Source: a bacterium
GTDB lineage: Bacteria; Patescibacteriota; Minisyncoccia; JAHIHE01
Assembly (NCBI GenBank): GCA_030693205.1
Contig: JAUYBG010000010.1
Location: 130,059-194,058, forward strand
Direction: 5' to 3'
DNA length: 64,000 nucleotides
Shown here one piece after another: positions 9,613-19,887 of this stretch. Within the stretch, counting starts at the first letter, position 1. Every line of letters begins with the position of its first letter. Under the pieces are notes generated by a model. That model worked only from the letters and a program-made list of their open reading frames with translations. It had not been told where the DNA came from and ran no database searches. Made by a program: the position numbers and the translations under genes.

Positions 9613-10155
9613 AAAGCAAGTCTATAAGCCGAGTTCTGTCCTCCGCCTTTTGCAAAACGGATGGATAGTAATCTATCTAGCCCCAAAATTGCTCATGGGG
9701 TCAAGCGAGCTACTTTTAATTCGCGCGAAGCGCGAACTTTGCTCTTGCTCCTGACAGGGTTTACCATCGCTTTACCGTTGCCGGTAAGGAAAAAATGTGG
9801 CATTTCTTGCGAAAAACCTCATTTAACTTTTCACCTTTTGCCAATGCCCTGCAACGGAAGCTCCAAGCACCAAATCCCAAATCCCAAACAAATCACAAAT
9901 CTCATTTTCAAAACCAAATTATTTGGAGTTTGAATTTTTGTGCTTTGGAATTTGTTTGAAATTTGAAAATTGGGTTTTGGAATTTCCAGTGCAAGGCACT
10001 GGTTAGTATTGTCTCTGTGGCACTTTCCCTAAGGTTTCCCTTGGTCGACGTTATCGACTGTCATTTTTACATCCGTTAAAAAACGAATGCAGGAGCTCGG
10101 ACTTTCCTCCCCTCATCTTTATAAAAAAGCGAGGGGTAACTATCCAACTTGCTTT
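9613..10155 (-). ncRNA. rnpB: RNase P RNA with an enlarged P12
   Basis: Minus-strand conserved blocks GAGGAAAGTCCGAGCTCC, GAAAGTGCCACAGA, GGTGAAA, GGTAAACCC and ACAGAACTCGGCTTAT. The ends AAAGCAAGT/ACTTGCTTT pair as P1. TTGACA..TAAAAT promoter upstream. Confidence 0.93.
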
Positions 10156-10199
10156 AATTGTTGCCACTTTATTTTAACAGAAAATAGACTTTTGTCAAT

Positions 10200-10310
10200 C
10201 CCAGCACCAAATTCCGAAATAAGTATAACGTATAAATTAGTTAAGCATCTCGGTATCGCCTTCGGCTTACTTTATCTTAAAGGCAAGATTATCTAAAGAA
10301 TTGGTGCGGG
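10200..10310. mobile_element. MITE-like repeat, copy 1
   Basis: Ends CCCAGCACCAAATTC ... GAATTGGTGCGGG; internal tctcggtatcgccttcggctt is shared with 38971-39085. Confidence 0.65.
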
Positions 10311-10332
10311 ACAAGCCCTTTTAAATGAGATA

Positions 10333-11742
10333 TTAGAATCCATAGCTTAAAAGCATAACCATTTCCAGGTCGCGGGTCATTTTCTTTGCGGTAACTTTAT
10401 TGAGGCCGACCCCTCCCTGTTCAAAAGGCCTATCAAGCATTTCATAAAAAGATCCTTTGTCAAAATCGCCGATCAATCGATTATATATCGCGGATTCCAT
10501 TCTGATTATTTGCCTATCCGTCAGATCTCCTTTCAAGGGATCAATAAAACTGTATCTTAATTCCGTAATTTGACTCCAAATAGCTTTAAATTCGGGATGT
10601 TCCTGGTTCATGTTTTTTGCTAATAGCCCGTCTCCGGCCCCGCCTCTTCTTCCTTTGATAATAGTTTCGGTCTTGGCTATAACATCTTCAACCACCTTTC
10701 CCAGACGCATCGCGGTCATGCTGTTTAAGCCTGCGCCTCCTCTTTCATAATCCGCATCAAGCTTAAATCTCAACTCTTCCTTATTCATTCTTCCCGACAA
10801 TCGATCATGAACTATATTTTCGATCCTGGCAATTTCATCAACATCATAATCGCTTAATAAATAATTCGCCAAAAGTTTCGACTTAAAAGGAATCAAAAGC
10901 ATATTTAATTGCGTGGAAGACAAGCCGGGAAAAGATCTTTGCAATAACTCAAGCTCTTTGGTGATCTTTTCTTCAAAACCACTGGTCGCTTTTGCGCTTT
11001 CAGCCTGTTTCTCTTCCTTTAACACCATCTGGGGCCTGACTTCTTTATTTACCACTTCTTTCTCAACTCTCCCATCCTTAATATAAAATATGCGATTGGC
11101 ATAAACCAGATGTTCCGGATTATGAGTGACCAAAATCAATGTTTTCTCTTCTTTTTCATTCAATTCTTTCAAAAGCTCCATAACCTTGACGGAAGAAACG
11201 GAATCCAAGTTTCCTACCGGCTCATCGCAAAGCAATATTTTCGGATCATTCACCAAAGACCGGGCAATGCCGATCCTCTGCTGCTGTCCGCCGGAAAGCT
11301 CTGTCGGAATCTTATCGGCATGCTCTAAAATTCCGAATCTCTCTAAAAAACTTTTCGCTCTTTTGACTCTCTCTTCCTTGTGCACACCCATAAAAACTTG
11401 CGGCAAAGTCACGTTATCCAGCACGGAAAGCGAAGGGATCAAATTATAAACCTGAAAAATCATCCCGATCCTGGTCCGGTGGAAAGCCGCTAATTCATCT
11501 TCGTTCATGGTAGAAATGTCCTTATCATCCACAAACACTTTTCCTTCTTTGTTCATTTCCAATCCGGCAATGCTGTTCAAGAGCGTTGATTTTCCGCATC
11601 CCGATGGCCCAAAAAAAATTATATATTCCCTGGGATAGATCTCTATGTTAATATTCTGCAACGCCCAAAACTCATTGGTAGTTTTTTTATTGTAAACTAC
11701 ATTTAAGTTCTCTATTTTGATAACCGGCTTTAGAGTATCCAC
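10333..11742 (-). CDS. ABC transporter ATP-binding protein (LolD/MacB type) with C-terminal extension
   Basis: GPSGCGKS, LSGGQQQR, LCDEPVGNLD and VTH motifs. Confidence 0.9.
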   Translation of the reverse strand: MDTLKPVIKIENLNVVYNKKTTNEFWALQNINIEIYPREYIIFFGPSGCGKSTLLNSIAGLEMNKEGKVFVDDKDISTMNEDELAAFHRTRIGMIFQVYNLIPSLSVLDNVTLPQVFMGVHKEERVKRAKSFLERFGILEHADKIPTELSGGQQQRIGIARSLVNDPKILLCDEPVGNLDSVSSVKVMELLKELNEKEEKTLILVTHNPEHLVYANRIFYIKDGRVEKEVVNKEVRPQMVLKEEKQAESAKATSGFEEKITKELELLQRSFPGLSSTQLNMLLIPFKSKLLANYLLSDYDVDEIARIENIVHDRLSGRMNKEELRFKLDADYERGGAGLNSMTAMRLGKVVEDVIAKTETIIKGRRGGAGDGLLAKNMNQEHPEFKAIWSQITELRYSFIDPLKGDLTDRQIIRMESAIYNRLIGDFDKGSFYEMLDRPFEQGGVGLNKVTAKKMTRDLEMVMLLSYGF

Positions 11743-11792
11743 AGTAATAAATACTTGTTAAATGATAAATTCAAAATTTTAAATTTTTCCTT

Positions 11793-13610
11793 TTACTTCG
11801 CTCCCATCTCTTTTTTGGCTCTTTCTATTTCCAATATCTGCTCGGGGTTGGAAGTGATAATTTGATCTTCGGAATATGAAGCGACCACCTTGATCGCGGC
11901 GTGTTTTGTTCCGGCAAAAAATATTCCTTCCCCCACATTGCTTTCCAGCAATAAGAATTTTTCTTCATCCGTCAAATAAAAAGTTTCCTTGATCATATCG
12001 ATGGCGGCCGGGGATTGCCGCATCAGAAGCTGAAGCGAAGAATTGGTCACGATCGGTTTGCCGTATCGCGAGCTCAAAAAATCAGTAATATCCTGGGTAA
12101 TGGTGGTAAGCCCCATATAATATTTTCTGCATCGCTTGGCGATGGCGTACATAAAAGCGGCGGCTTCTTCGTTTTGCATCATAACCCAAGCTTCATCAAC
12201 CACTAAAATCCTCTTTTTCAACTGTCCCCTGATCAGCGTCCAAATATAGTGCAAAATAATATACATCGCCACCGGACGCAATTGCTCTTCCATATCGCGG
12301 ATATTGAATACGACGAAACTTTTGTTTATTTTTATATTCGTCGGCTGATTGACAAATCCGCTAAAAGTCCCTTCCGTGAATTTTTTCAACCGCACAGAAA
12401 GAGATTCCGCTCCCTGCATATTGGCAAGAATTTCCCCCAGATCGCTCATAGTCGGAGGAATAGCTGTGGCAAAATCGGAGGTTGGAGTAATATCTTTTAT
12501 CGCGTAAGTTTCGCTGATGGCGCGATCCAAAATCGCATCCTCCTCGGGCGTCAGGGCGCCGAACATTACCTTCAGCAATCCCGATATATGAATAATGTTT
12601 GTTTTTAAAACATCGGCGGGAGATTCGTCTTCCAGAGGAACAGGCAGGTCAAAAGGATTAATATGATGATCGCTGGTCAAAGAAATCCGCAAAAATGCCC
12701 CGTTAACGGTTTCCGCCAAATACTTGTATTCATTTTCCGGATCGATCACCAACACATCAATACCGAACATCAAAGTCCTTAAAATTTCAAGTTTGATCGC
12801 GTAGCTCTTACCGGCGCCGGATTTGGCGAACACCACCATATTGGCGTTTTCCATCGAGAACCGGTCAAAAAGAATCAAGCTGTTGTTATGCCGATTTATG
12901 CCATAAAGAATGCCTCTGTTTGAAGTCACATCGCTCGACACAAAAGGAAAGATCGTCGAAAGCGGGCTGGTATTCATATTGCTGCCGATGGACAATTTGT
13001 CCTGGGCTAAAGGTATCGTGGAAGCAAAAGCGTCTTCCATCTGGAAAACCGCTGGTTTCGCGTAAACCAGTTGCGCCTCAAACATTCCTTCCACCTCGCG
13101 CCCCATTTTATCCAATTCTTCTTTGGTATCCGCGTAAAAAGTGATATAAATCCCCAGCCGGAAAAATTTTTCCGATCCTTGCTGTAAATTATCGCGGAGG
13201 CTCTCCGCGTCCGCCAAAGCGGTTTCCAGCATCGGATCGCGGACTTTTCCCGCTTCTTCTTCCATCCTGATACGGGATGTGACCTGAGTGACGACTTTCA
13301 AAAGACTTTTTAAAACCGTAACGCTATCCACCGGATGGATGAAAAGCGCGACATCGAAGGTAATATCATAATTTATCACGGGTGAAAACCAATTCGTCTG
13401 CAAATACCGCGGATAAGTATGGATAAAATAAGTGGCGGCCATTTTCTTGCCGATAATCAGATAATCCGACATGATCTTGTATGCTGACGGGGCGATCAGA
13501 TCTTTCACGGTTGATACTCCGCGCTGATAGTTTTTTTCCTGTTCCATCAGATCCTTGATCGCAAGGTCTTGAGACGCCGGTTTTTTAAAAATTTTGTCGA
13601 GAAATGACAT
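11793..13610 (-). CDS. VirB4-like ATPase
   Basis: AKSGAGKS Walker A, VIDPENEY, VVDEAW and TTITQD motifs. Confidence 0.9.
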   Translation of the reverse strand: MSFLDKIFKKPASQDLAIKDLMEQEKNYQRGVSTVKDLIAPSAYKIMSDYLIIGKKMAATYFIHTYPRYLQTNWFSPVINYDITFDVALFIHPVDSVTVLKSLLKVVTQVTSRIRMEEEAGKVRDPMLETALADAESLRDNLQQGSEKFFRLGIYITFYADTKEELDKMGREVEGMFEAQLVYAKPAVFQMEDAFASTIPLAQDKLSIGSNMNTSPLSTIFPFVSSDVTSNRGILYGINRHNNSLILFDRFSMENANMVVFAKSGAGKSYAIKLEILRTLMFGIDVLVIDPENEYKYLAETVNGAFLRISLTSDHHINPFDLPVPLEDESPADVLKTNIIHISGLLKVMFGALTPEEDAILDRAISETYAIKDITPTSDFATAIPPTMSDLGEILANMQGAESLSVRLKKFTEGTFSGFVNQPTNIKINKSFVVFNIRDMEEQLRPVAMYIILHYIWTLIRGQLKKRILVVDEAWVMMQNEEAAAFMYAIAKRCRKYYMGLTTITQDITDFLSSRYGKPIVTNSSLQLLMRQSPAAIDMIKETFYLTDEEKFLLLESNVGEGIFFAGTKHAAIKVVASYSEDQIITSNPEQILEIERAKKEMGAK

Positions 13611-13656
13611 AACATTATAATGATAAAAATAAATTCAAAAATTTACTTGGCAAAAT

Positions 13657-14352
13657 TTACATCGCCACATCCAATTGTTCTATCGCTGTCAATCCGCCAT
13701 GCTCGGAAATTTCCGGATTATAGATCGTATAGAATAATTCGATCAGCTCTTGAGTGTTAAGCGTGGTCATTTTCACTCCTACGCCTGATAAACCGCTGGC
13801 TACATGCTGAACTCTTTGCATCAATTGATTCCTGTTCTTGGCAAAATCCTCGGAACGGAACGCGCTGGGCTTTTTCGCGCCTGACTGGGTCAATCCGCTT
13901 AAAAAACTCTTTCCGGCCTGAGCCAGCTCTTCCGACGGAGAATACGGCACCACAATATAAAAAGTTTTATTGACGATGTTGGACATCTCGATCAATTCCT
14001 TGATAAAATTCCGGTACTCGCCGATCTGGACTTTCAATAATTCATTGGATTGCTCTTTCTCGCGGATCGTCAGTGTCTTATAATAATCTTCGATGTTCAG
14101 TTTTCTGGAGCTGACCACTATCTGTATGGAAAAATCCACGGAGTTTAGGAAACCCTGAAAATGATAAATGATAGCGTCCTGTTCTTCCTGGGATTTAAGG
14201 GCGAAATTAATGCTGGAGACCATCAGCACGGCTCGCAAAGCCTGATTTTTTAAAATTATCGTACCTTCCTTGATCTCGCTAATATCAAGATAACGCTGAA
14301 AACTATTGATATTTTTTTGTTTTTCTTCGTTTTCCCTGAAAAACTTATCCAT
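13657..14352 (-). CDS. VirB4-associated (TraC N-terminal-like) protein
   Basis: VSSINFALKSQEEQDAII motif; between the PrgI-like gene and VirB4. Confidence 0.7.
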   Translation of the reverse strand: MDKFFRENEEKQKNINSFQRYLDISEIKEGTIILKNQALRAVLMVSSINFALKSQEEQDAIIYHFQGFLNSVDFSIQIVVSSRKLNIEDYYKTLTIREKEQSNELLKVQIGEYRNFIKELIEMSNIVNKTFYIVVPYSPSEELAQAGKSFLSGLTQSGAKKPSAFRSEDFAKNRNQLMQRVQHVASGLSGVGVKMTTLNTQELIELFYTIYNPEISEHGGLTAIEQLDVAM

Positions 14353-14545
14353 GGTGTTTTTTTATAATATATTATTTCTGTACATTAAAAACTTTGTTTT
14401 TTAATGTTCGATTTTTTTAAATATCGGATATTTTAATAATTTTTAATTTCGAATTCTGAATTTCGAATCAAATTCGAATTTATTAATTTTGAAACATTCA
14501 ATCATTCAAAATTCACTCAAAATTCAAAATTGGAAATTCAAAATT

Positions 14546-14983
14546 TTAAACTGATTCCCTTTCTCCTTCCGCCGCTATTGCTTGCTGAGTATCCAGCATC
14601 CACGCCAGTTCCTGGAGCCGATTGCGGGAAATAATTTTATACTCCGCGCTTATATTCTCTTTAAGCGCCTCTTTTTTGATTCCGCGTTTGATCAAAATTC
14701 CTTCCGGTTCTCTTCGCCAAATATATAATTTCGGCTTGAAATTGTAAGTAAAATAATTGGCGATCAAAACATACAACGGCCGGCCATTGGGTTTGTAGAA
14801 GGCAAATAAAATGGCGGCAATAATGGTCGGCAGAGCTATCAATACGGCGATAAAAGCGACGAATATCAGCGAGGACATAAAAATAATCATCGCGCCCAAT
14901 CCAAGAATGACAGTCTGCTTGACTGTCAGCGGTCCAACTACCGTGTCTTCAACATCAATAAATTGCGGAACAGGATATTGCAT
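14546..14983 (-). CDS. PrgI-family membrane protein
   Basis: MQYPVPQFIDVEDTVVGPLTVKQ start, two TM helices, NGRP motif. Confidence 0.85.
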   Translation of the reverse strand: MQYPVPQFIDVEDTVVGPLTVKQTVILGLGAMIIFMSSLIFVAFIAVLIALPTIIAAILFAFYKPNGRPLYVLIANYFTYNFKPKLYIWRREPEGILIKRGIKKEALKENISAEYKIISRNRLQELAWMLDTQQAIAAEGERESV

Positions 14984-15091
14984 AGTTTTAAACGAAGTTT
15001 AAAATAAATTTTTAATTTCGAATTTTTAATTTCGAATGAATGACTTAATTTTGAAACATTAAAACATTCAAAATTCAAAATTGGAAATTTG

Positions 15092-15715
15092 TCATTCTAT
15101 TACGGGTTCTCTCTTCAGCCATTCATATAATTTCAACAGTTTTCTCAAAGTATCCGCCTGGCTGGTGTTCAAGCGCGCGCTAATCGCGTTTTTTTTCGCG
15201 TAATCGAGCCAGGTAAGGTCTTTCTGGGGCTCGGTGCCATGCGTTCTGTCATAATCCAAAAGCCAATTTTTTATTGTTGGCATCTCGGGATTATTCGCGC
15301 CAGTGACAAATATTTTTCCTCCGCCGATCTGCTCATTGTTTTCATGCAGCGCTTCCATAATCGGCTGATTGACCATTTCAAGCCTTGTTTCTCTGGGAAA
15401 TAATAATTGCCGAGTTTCAATTCTTTCCATTATATTTATTTCCTCTACATTTAGCGCGCCGACAAGAGATTCTTTTATAAATCTAGTCATTTCAGTATCT
15501 TTCAAAAAAGGCAATCTTACCAGTTTTAAACAAATCAACAAATTAGAATATTCTTCTATTCCTTGCTCATTATTTTCTGGCAATTCTAACAATTTACTTA
15601 AATTAAAATTAACTTCTTCTGTAATCTCTTCCGCTGAGCTAATATCTAAATCATCAACCGCCTGCTTAACCTTTTGTTTAATTTGTTCAATTTTATTAGT
15701 TTCTTTTTGTTCCAT
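15092..15715 (-). CDS. Hypothetical protein
   Basis: 207-aa ORF collinear with the cluster. Confidence 0.6.
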   Translation of the reverse strand: MEQKETNKIEQIKQKVKQAVDDLDISSAEEITEEVNFNLSKLLELPENNEQGIEEYSNLLICLKLVRLPFLKDTEMTRFIKESLVGALNVEEINIMERIETRQLLFPRETRLEMVNQPIMEALHENNEQIGGGKIFVTGANNPEMPTIKNWLLDYDRTHGTEPQKDLTWLDYAKKNAISARLNTSQADTLRKLLKLYEWLKREPVIE

Positions 15716-15768
15716 ATAAATAATTTTATTCCCAATCTATTTATATATTATTATATTTATTAAACACT

Positions 15769-17859
15769 TTACGGGAAAAAATGAACAATATCTGCATAAA
15801 GACCCGCTTCAGCTGCAGATAAATGTTGAGGGGGAACCAAGGCTGCCAATCTTGTTTCTTTCTTTAGAAGTCCTATTTTCATTTGTTCTGCTTCTTCTGG
15901 TTTTAACTTTTTAATATGACTCTTTGCTTCTACTGTTTGCAAACTTGGAGCCAAAGCCGCTCCCGTTTCATTCCAGTCTCCATTTTCATTAATAAAAGTT
16001 GATGCTCGTAATTCTTTCATTGAGCTCAAAGCATTGCTTCTTCTTACTGATTTAACAATATCCTCCCTATGCCATTCTTCTTGAGTTTTCGTTATACCAT
16101 TTTTTGTAATATCAGGAGCGCTATAATTATAAGTATCCCATTTTTTGCTTCCTTTATCGTAATGACCTAAATCCGCTAATCCCATATTTCCTTTCTTCTT
16201 TTCCAGATCTCCGATATCTTCAAAAAGTTTAGCCGCTTCTTCTGAATTCATATGCGGTATTATATGATCATGAACAAATTTATTATAACCTGCAGCGTCT
16301 GCAGTATATTTATTACCAGTTGATTTATCTGTTTGCGTTGCGGCCATCGCGTATGACTTGCCTTCTACTGCCCCCATTCTTAATAATACCTGCTTATCCG
16401 TAATATTAGTCGCACCTTGAAACATATCAACAATTTCATCCCCATTCGTTGTGGCAAAATCTTTTATTCTTCGTGCTACATCATTTCGATTGGCAATATC
16501 CTTATAATGAGTTTCCTTGCCTCCAAGTCTTTTCGGCGCACGTATATCGCGCATTTGTCCTACCGCTACATCGTAATCATGTTCTTGCTCAGATGTTTTA
16601 GCCTTCCATCCTCGTTTTATTGCTCCAGGCGATAAATACGCCCTTGCTCTGTTGAATTTACCTTTCCACCCACTTCTTTGATCTTGTGCACCTCTCGCCA
16701 ACCACCTATCCGTCGCCCCCCCAGCATAACTCATCGCTCCTTTCCCAATCCTCTCCCCCAACCCCGTCGTATTCTTCATTATCGTATCGGTCCCGGCTAA
16801 ACCCAGCGATTTTGTAATTGGAATTATTGCCAAAAGAAAAACCAAGGGAATTGCATTTTGAATAATTATAATAATAATATCGCTAAACCAGCCAAGATTC
16901 GGATCACCGGCAGAGATCGGCGGAACAACAATCCTTATCCGAGCGAGTTCACCGGAAATATAGAGCATCAAGGCAAAAATCGGGCCAAAAAGCGTATAAC
17001 TCCAAATATTATCCCACCATTTTTTTGATAAATTTTCCATCCCCGGCATCACTTCACCAAAATAGGCAAGTGGCGCGAGAATTAGAAGTATTGCCAATCC
17101 GGCTGTCCTAACTATAAGAAACAATGCCAATGCCAGCAAAATAAAAGCATAAATAAAAGTATAAACCAAAGCAATCCCCGCCCCTATCGCCATCTGCGCT
17201 GTAACTCCTGAAAAACTAAAATAACTGCCTACATTTAAAACGTTGTATTCATTGACAAAATTACCTGCTATCCTCATCAATCCACCCGTAAAATCAGTAA
17301 AACAAGACTCCGGGATAGCGCACATCCATGATAATATCCCGTACATCAGAATATTGCCAAAATCTATGATCACACCGGCGATAACATTGCTGAAATTTAT
17401 CAAAAAAATCGCCAGGATTAGCTTGGGCAAAGATTTTTTAATATTATATCTGTCGCTTTGTACGATTGTCCCAAAAGCCACCAAAAGCATCAGGAGAAGA
17501 AAAAGCAAATTGCAAATATCTCTAATAATTGTCCATCCTTGATATATACCCGGATTGGAAAAAACTTGATTCATAATCGCCGGATTCAAAACAGCATTAA
17601 GAGTATAAGCGGCGATTCCAACTATCACCCAAGCAATCATAAGCAAAACCGAAAAAATTACATATATAATAGGAAAAAGTGTGTGGCCTAAAATAGCATC
17701 TTCCCAACCGGCGTACACCAATCCCTTCGGCAACGCTAAACCGACAACTATCAAAACCGCCAAAACTGAAAAAAGTTTAGTATGTTTTTTTAACTTAAAC
17801 TCCTTAATATTTTTTAAACTAAATTTTTCACGCAATCTTGATAAAAATATTTTTAACAT
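15769..17859 (-). CDS. VirB6/TrbL-like polytopic membrane protein
   Basis: GWTIIRDICNL, LPKLILAIFLINFS and LILAPLAY motifs, multiple TM helices, then a soluble tail. Confidence 0.75.
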   Translation of the reverse strand: MLKIFLSRLREKFSLKNIKEFKLKKHTKLFSVLAVLIVVGLALPKGLVYAGWEDAILGHTLFPIIYVIFSVLLMIAWVIVGIAAYTLNAVLNPAIMNQVFSNPGIYQGWTIIRDICNLLFLLLMLLVAFGTIVQSDRYNIKKSLPKLILAIFLINFSNVIAGVIIDFGNILMYGILSWMCAIPESCFTDFTGGLMRIAGNFVNEYNVLNVGSYFSFSGVTAQMAIGAGIALVYTFIYAFILLALALFLIVRTAGLAILLILAPLAYFGEVMPGMENLSKKWWDNIWSYTLFGPIFALMLYISGELARIRIVVPPISAGDPNLGWFSDIIIIIIQNAIPLVFLLAIIPITKSLGLAGTDTIMKNTTGLGERIGKGAMSYAGGATDRWLARGAQDQRSGWKGKFNRARAYLSPGAIKRGWKAKTSEQEHDYDVAVGQMRDIRAPKRLGGKETHYKDIANRNDVARRIKDFATTNGDEIVDMFQGATNITDKQVLLRMGAVEGKSYAMAATQTDKSTGNKYTADAAGYNKFVHDHIIPHMNSEEAAKLFEDIGDLEKKKGNMGLADLGHYDKGSKKWDTYNYSAPDITKNGITKTQEEWHREDIVKSVRRSNALSSMKELRASTFINENGDWNETGAALAPSLQTVEAKSHIKKLKPEEAEQMKIGLLKKETRLAALVPPQHLSAAEAGLYADIVHFFP

Positions 17860-17992
17860 AAAAAATTATTTTAATGTTTAGTTTTGTGTAGCTAAACAAT
17901 TTTATTTAATTATACCACCATTAAAATTATAACGCAATATAAATTTTAACAAAAAAAGAAGCAATAGAATGATATCTATTGCCATGAATTTT

Positions 17993-18862
17993 TTAAATTA
18001 ATTTATAGCGTGAATGTACTATATTCACGCTACTTATTTCTGTGGTATTACTTAAGCTCTGTTTCGAACTCAAAACTATTGGATACCGCATATACTGCTG
18101 CGGAACATCCTTTATGTATGATGTGGAAATTTTTTCCAGTCCTACATAAAAATACGGATCTTCTACGTCGAAGACCTGCGTCAACCGCAACCAGTTTGTA
18201 CCGAACCACAATTGTTCCGGCGCCATTCCAGTGGGAACCGCCACTGGATAACAGTCCTGATATCTCGGATTACCGTTATAATATATCACCGCGCGATGAT
18301 ATATTGCATCTTTCTCGGAGTAAGTGCATTCCCCTCCAAGGTCTTTAATATACCCTTGCGAATATTCCACAAGATATAAACCTGCGGATATATCCAGTTC
18401 CCTAATCGGATTTGAACCGGGGTTAACTTTCACGCTCCCGATGGTGGTCAGATTAGAGGAACCCGCGATTGTTATCGTGAACGGCCCTGTGCAGACAAGG
18501 CTTTCACCTTGAACTTTACAATTTCCAACAGTAAGGTTTTTCAACTCAGTCGCCCCAAGTACCCTGTCCGGTACCTCCAGAATGCCATTATAGACCATAA
18601 AAAATCCAAGCAGGATTACAATGGTCCATGCGACAATCCCTATAATGCTTATTTTTGGTCTTTTTATCTTACCTCCAAACCATCCTGTCGTTGTCGGAGC
18701 TCCTACCTGTTGTGCTGCTCTTGCCTTTAAAAATTTGTAGATAACAACTAAAACCACAATTACGATTGGTATTAGCGCTATCCACAAAGGCAAACTCATT
18801 AACAAGCTGATGCCTAAAACAAACAGTGTCAAAGGAATTAAATAAACCTTCTTAAAGTCCAT
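17993..18862 (-). CDS. Hypothetical membrane protein
   Basis: 289 aa, about three TM segments then an extracellular domain; AGGAGG RBS upstream. Confidence 0.65.
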   Translation of the reverse strand: MDFKKVYLIPLTLFVLGISLLMSLPLWIALIPIVIVVLVVIYKFLKARAAQQVGAPTTTGWFGGKIKRPKISIIGIVAWTIVILLGFFMVYNGILEVPDRVLGATELKNLTVGNCKVQGESLVCTGPFTITIAGSSNLTTIGSVKVNPGSNPIRELDISAGLYLVEYSQGYIKDLGGECTYSEKDAIYHRAVIYYNGNPRYQDCYPVAVPTGMAPEQLWFGTNWLRLTQVFDVEDPYFYVGLEKISTSYIKDVPQQYMRYPIVLSSKQSLSNTTEISSVNIVHSRYKLI

Positions 18863-18873
18863 TTCAACCTCCT

Positions 18874-19887
18874 CTATTTTTTATTCTTGTTTTTCGGCTT
18901 TACCCTTGTCTTTTCCTGTTCTGCTTTCACATCTTCAGGCTTTTTTTCAGGTGCTTTTTCAGCTGCTTTATTTTCATTATCGCTTGTCGCATCTTGACCA
19001 ACGCCCATTCCGATTCCGGTCATTACAGGCATAGACATTTTTCCATCGGAGCCCATGGTAATTATCTTAACATTTGCTCCTTTTTGGGCCGCGTCTGCCC
19101 ACTTTTGCGTGGCAAGAAATTCTACCGCTTCCTTACTGGTAAGACCTTGATCTTTTAATTTCTTCATTTGTTCTTCAAAGAAGGATCCTGCGCCTTTTCC
19201 TTTTTGAACTTCCTGAGCAGCTTTCTGAACTTCTACTTGTACCTGGGCTTTTTCAACTTTCTCTTGCAATACAGCAATTTTTTCATTTTGAACTGCTGTA
19301 AATTTTTGCTGAAGTGTCGATAAAATCGAAGTATCAAGCACTTCTACTTCCGGAATTAAAACCTCTTCTAAGTCAACCCCATATTCTGCTAATTTTTTGT
19401 CCCCTTCACGCTGAAGTTGATCAGTTAGGTCTTTTCTTGCCACTACGCCCACTGTTCCTTCTTCCGATTTATCCAGCTCAAGAACTTCTTCTATACTCAA
19501 AGCGGCCAAACGACTTCTCACAAATGCGGTCAAAATTTCTTCCAAACCATAGAAATATTTCTCGTCACTTCTATATCTTACATTAATTGCTTCAAGCTCG
19601 GCGACATAAAAGTCGTGAACGCTTAAATTGTATGTGACTGCATATGCATCCATGATTCTAATTTTAGCAACCACGACCGGCTTAATTTTTACGCCGCTTA
19701 ATAACAAAACCGGTTTGCTTTCATCTCTAAATAAATTAAGAAACTGGGAAGAATCTACTTTTACCCTGCTTACAACCCTAGTTAATCCTGGTATTGTAAT
19801 ATAAGGTCCCGGTTTAGCCAGATCATTGAATTCACCCATGCAGCTAATAACATATTCATATGGTCTTGGTACAAAATGTAATGTCAT
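18874..19887 (-). CDS. SPFH/band-7 domain protein
   Basis: VPRPYEYVI..KPG and YGVDLEEVLI motifs, then a coiled coil. The start is uncertain (19887 or 19923). Confidence 0.75.
   Translation of the reverse strand: MTLHFVPRPYEYVISCMGEFNDLAKPGPYITIPGLTRVVSRVKVDSSQFLNLFRDESKPVLLLSGVKIKPVVVAKIRIMDAYAVTYNLSVHDFYVAELEAINVRYRSDEKYFYGLEEILTAFVRSRLAALSIEEVLELDKSEEGTVGVVARKDLTDQLQREGDKKLAEYGVDLEEVLIPEVEVLDTSILSTLQQKFTAVQNEKIAVLQEKVEKAQVQVEVQKAAQEVQKGKGAGSFFEEQMKKLKDQGLTSKEAVEFLATQKWADAAQKGANVKIITMGSDGKMSMPVMTGIGMGVGQDATSDNENKAAEKAPEKKPEDVKAEQEKTRVKPKNKNKK

Noticed and set aside
9661-9933. 90-aa ORF
   Set aside because: Antisense to RNase P RNA.
14440-15090. Possible CRISPR array
   Set aside because: Degenerate short tandem repeats with no constant repeat-spacer period, and no cas genes in the window.
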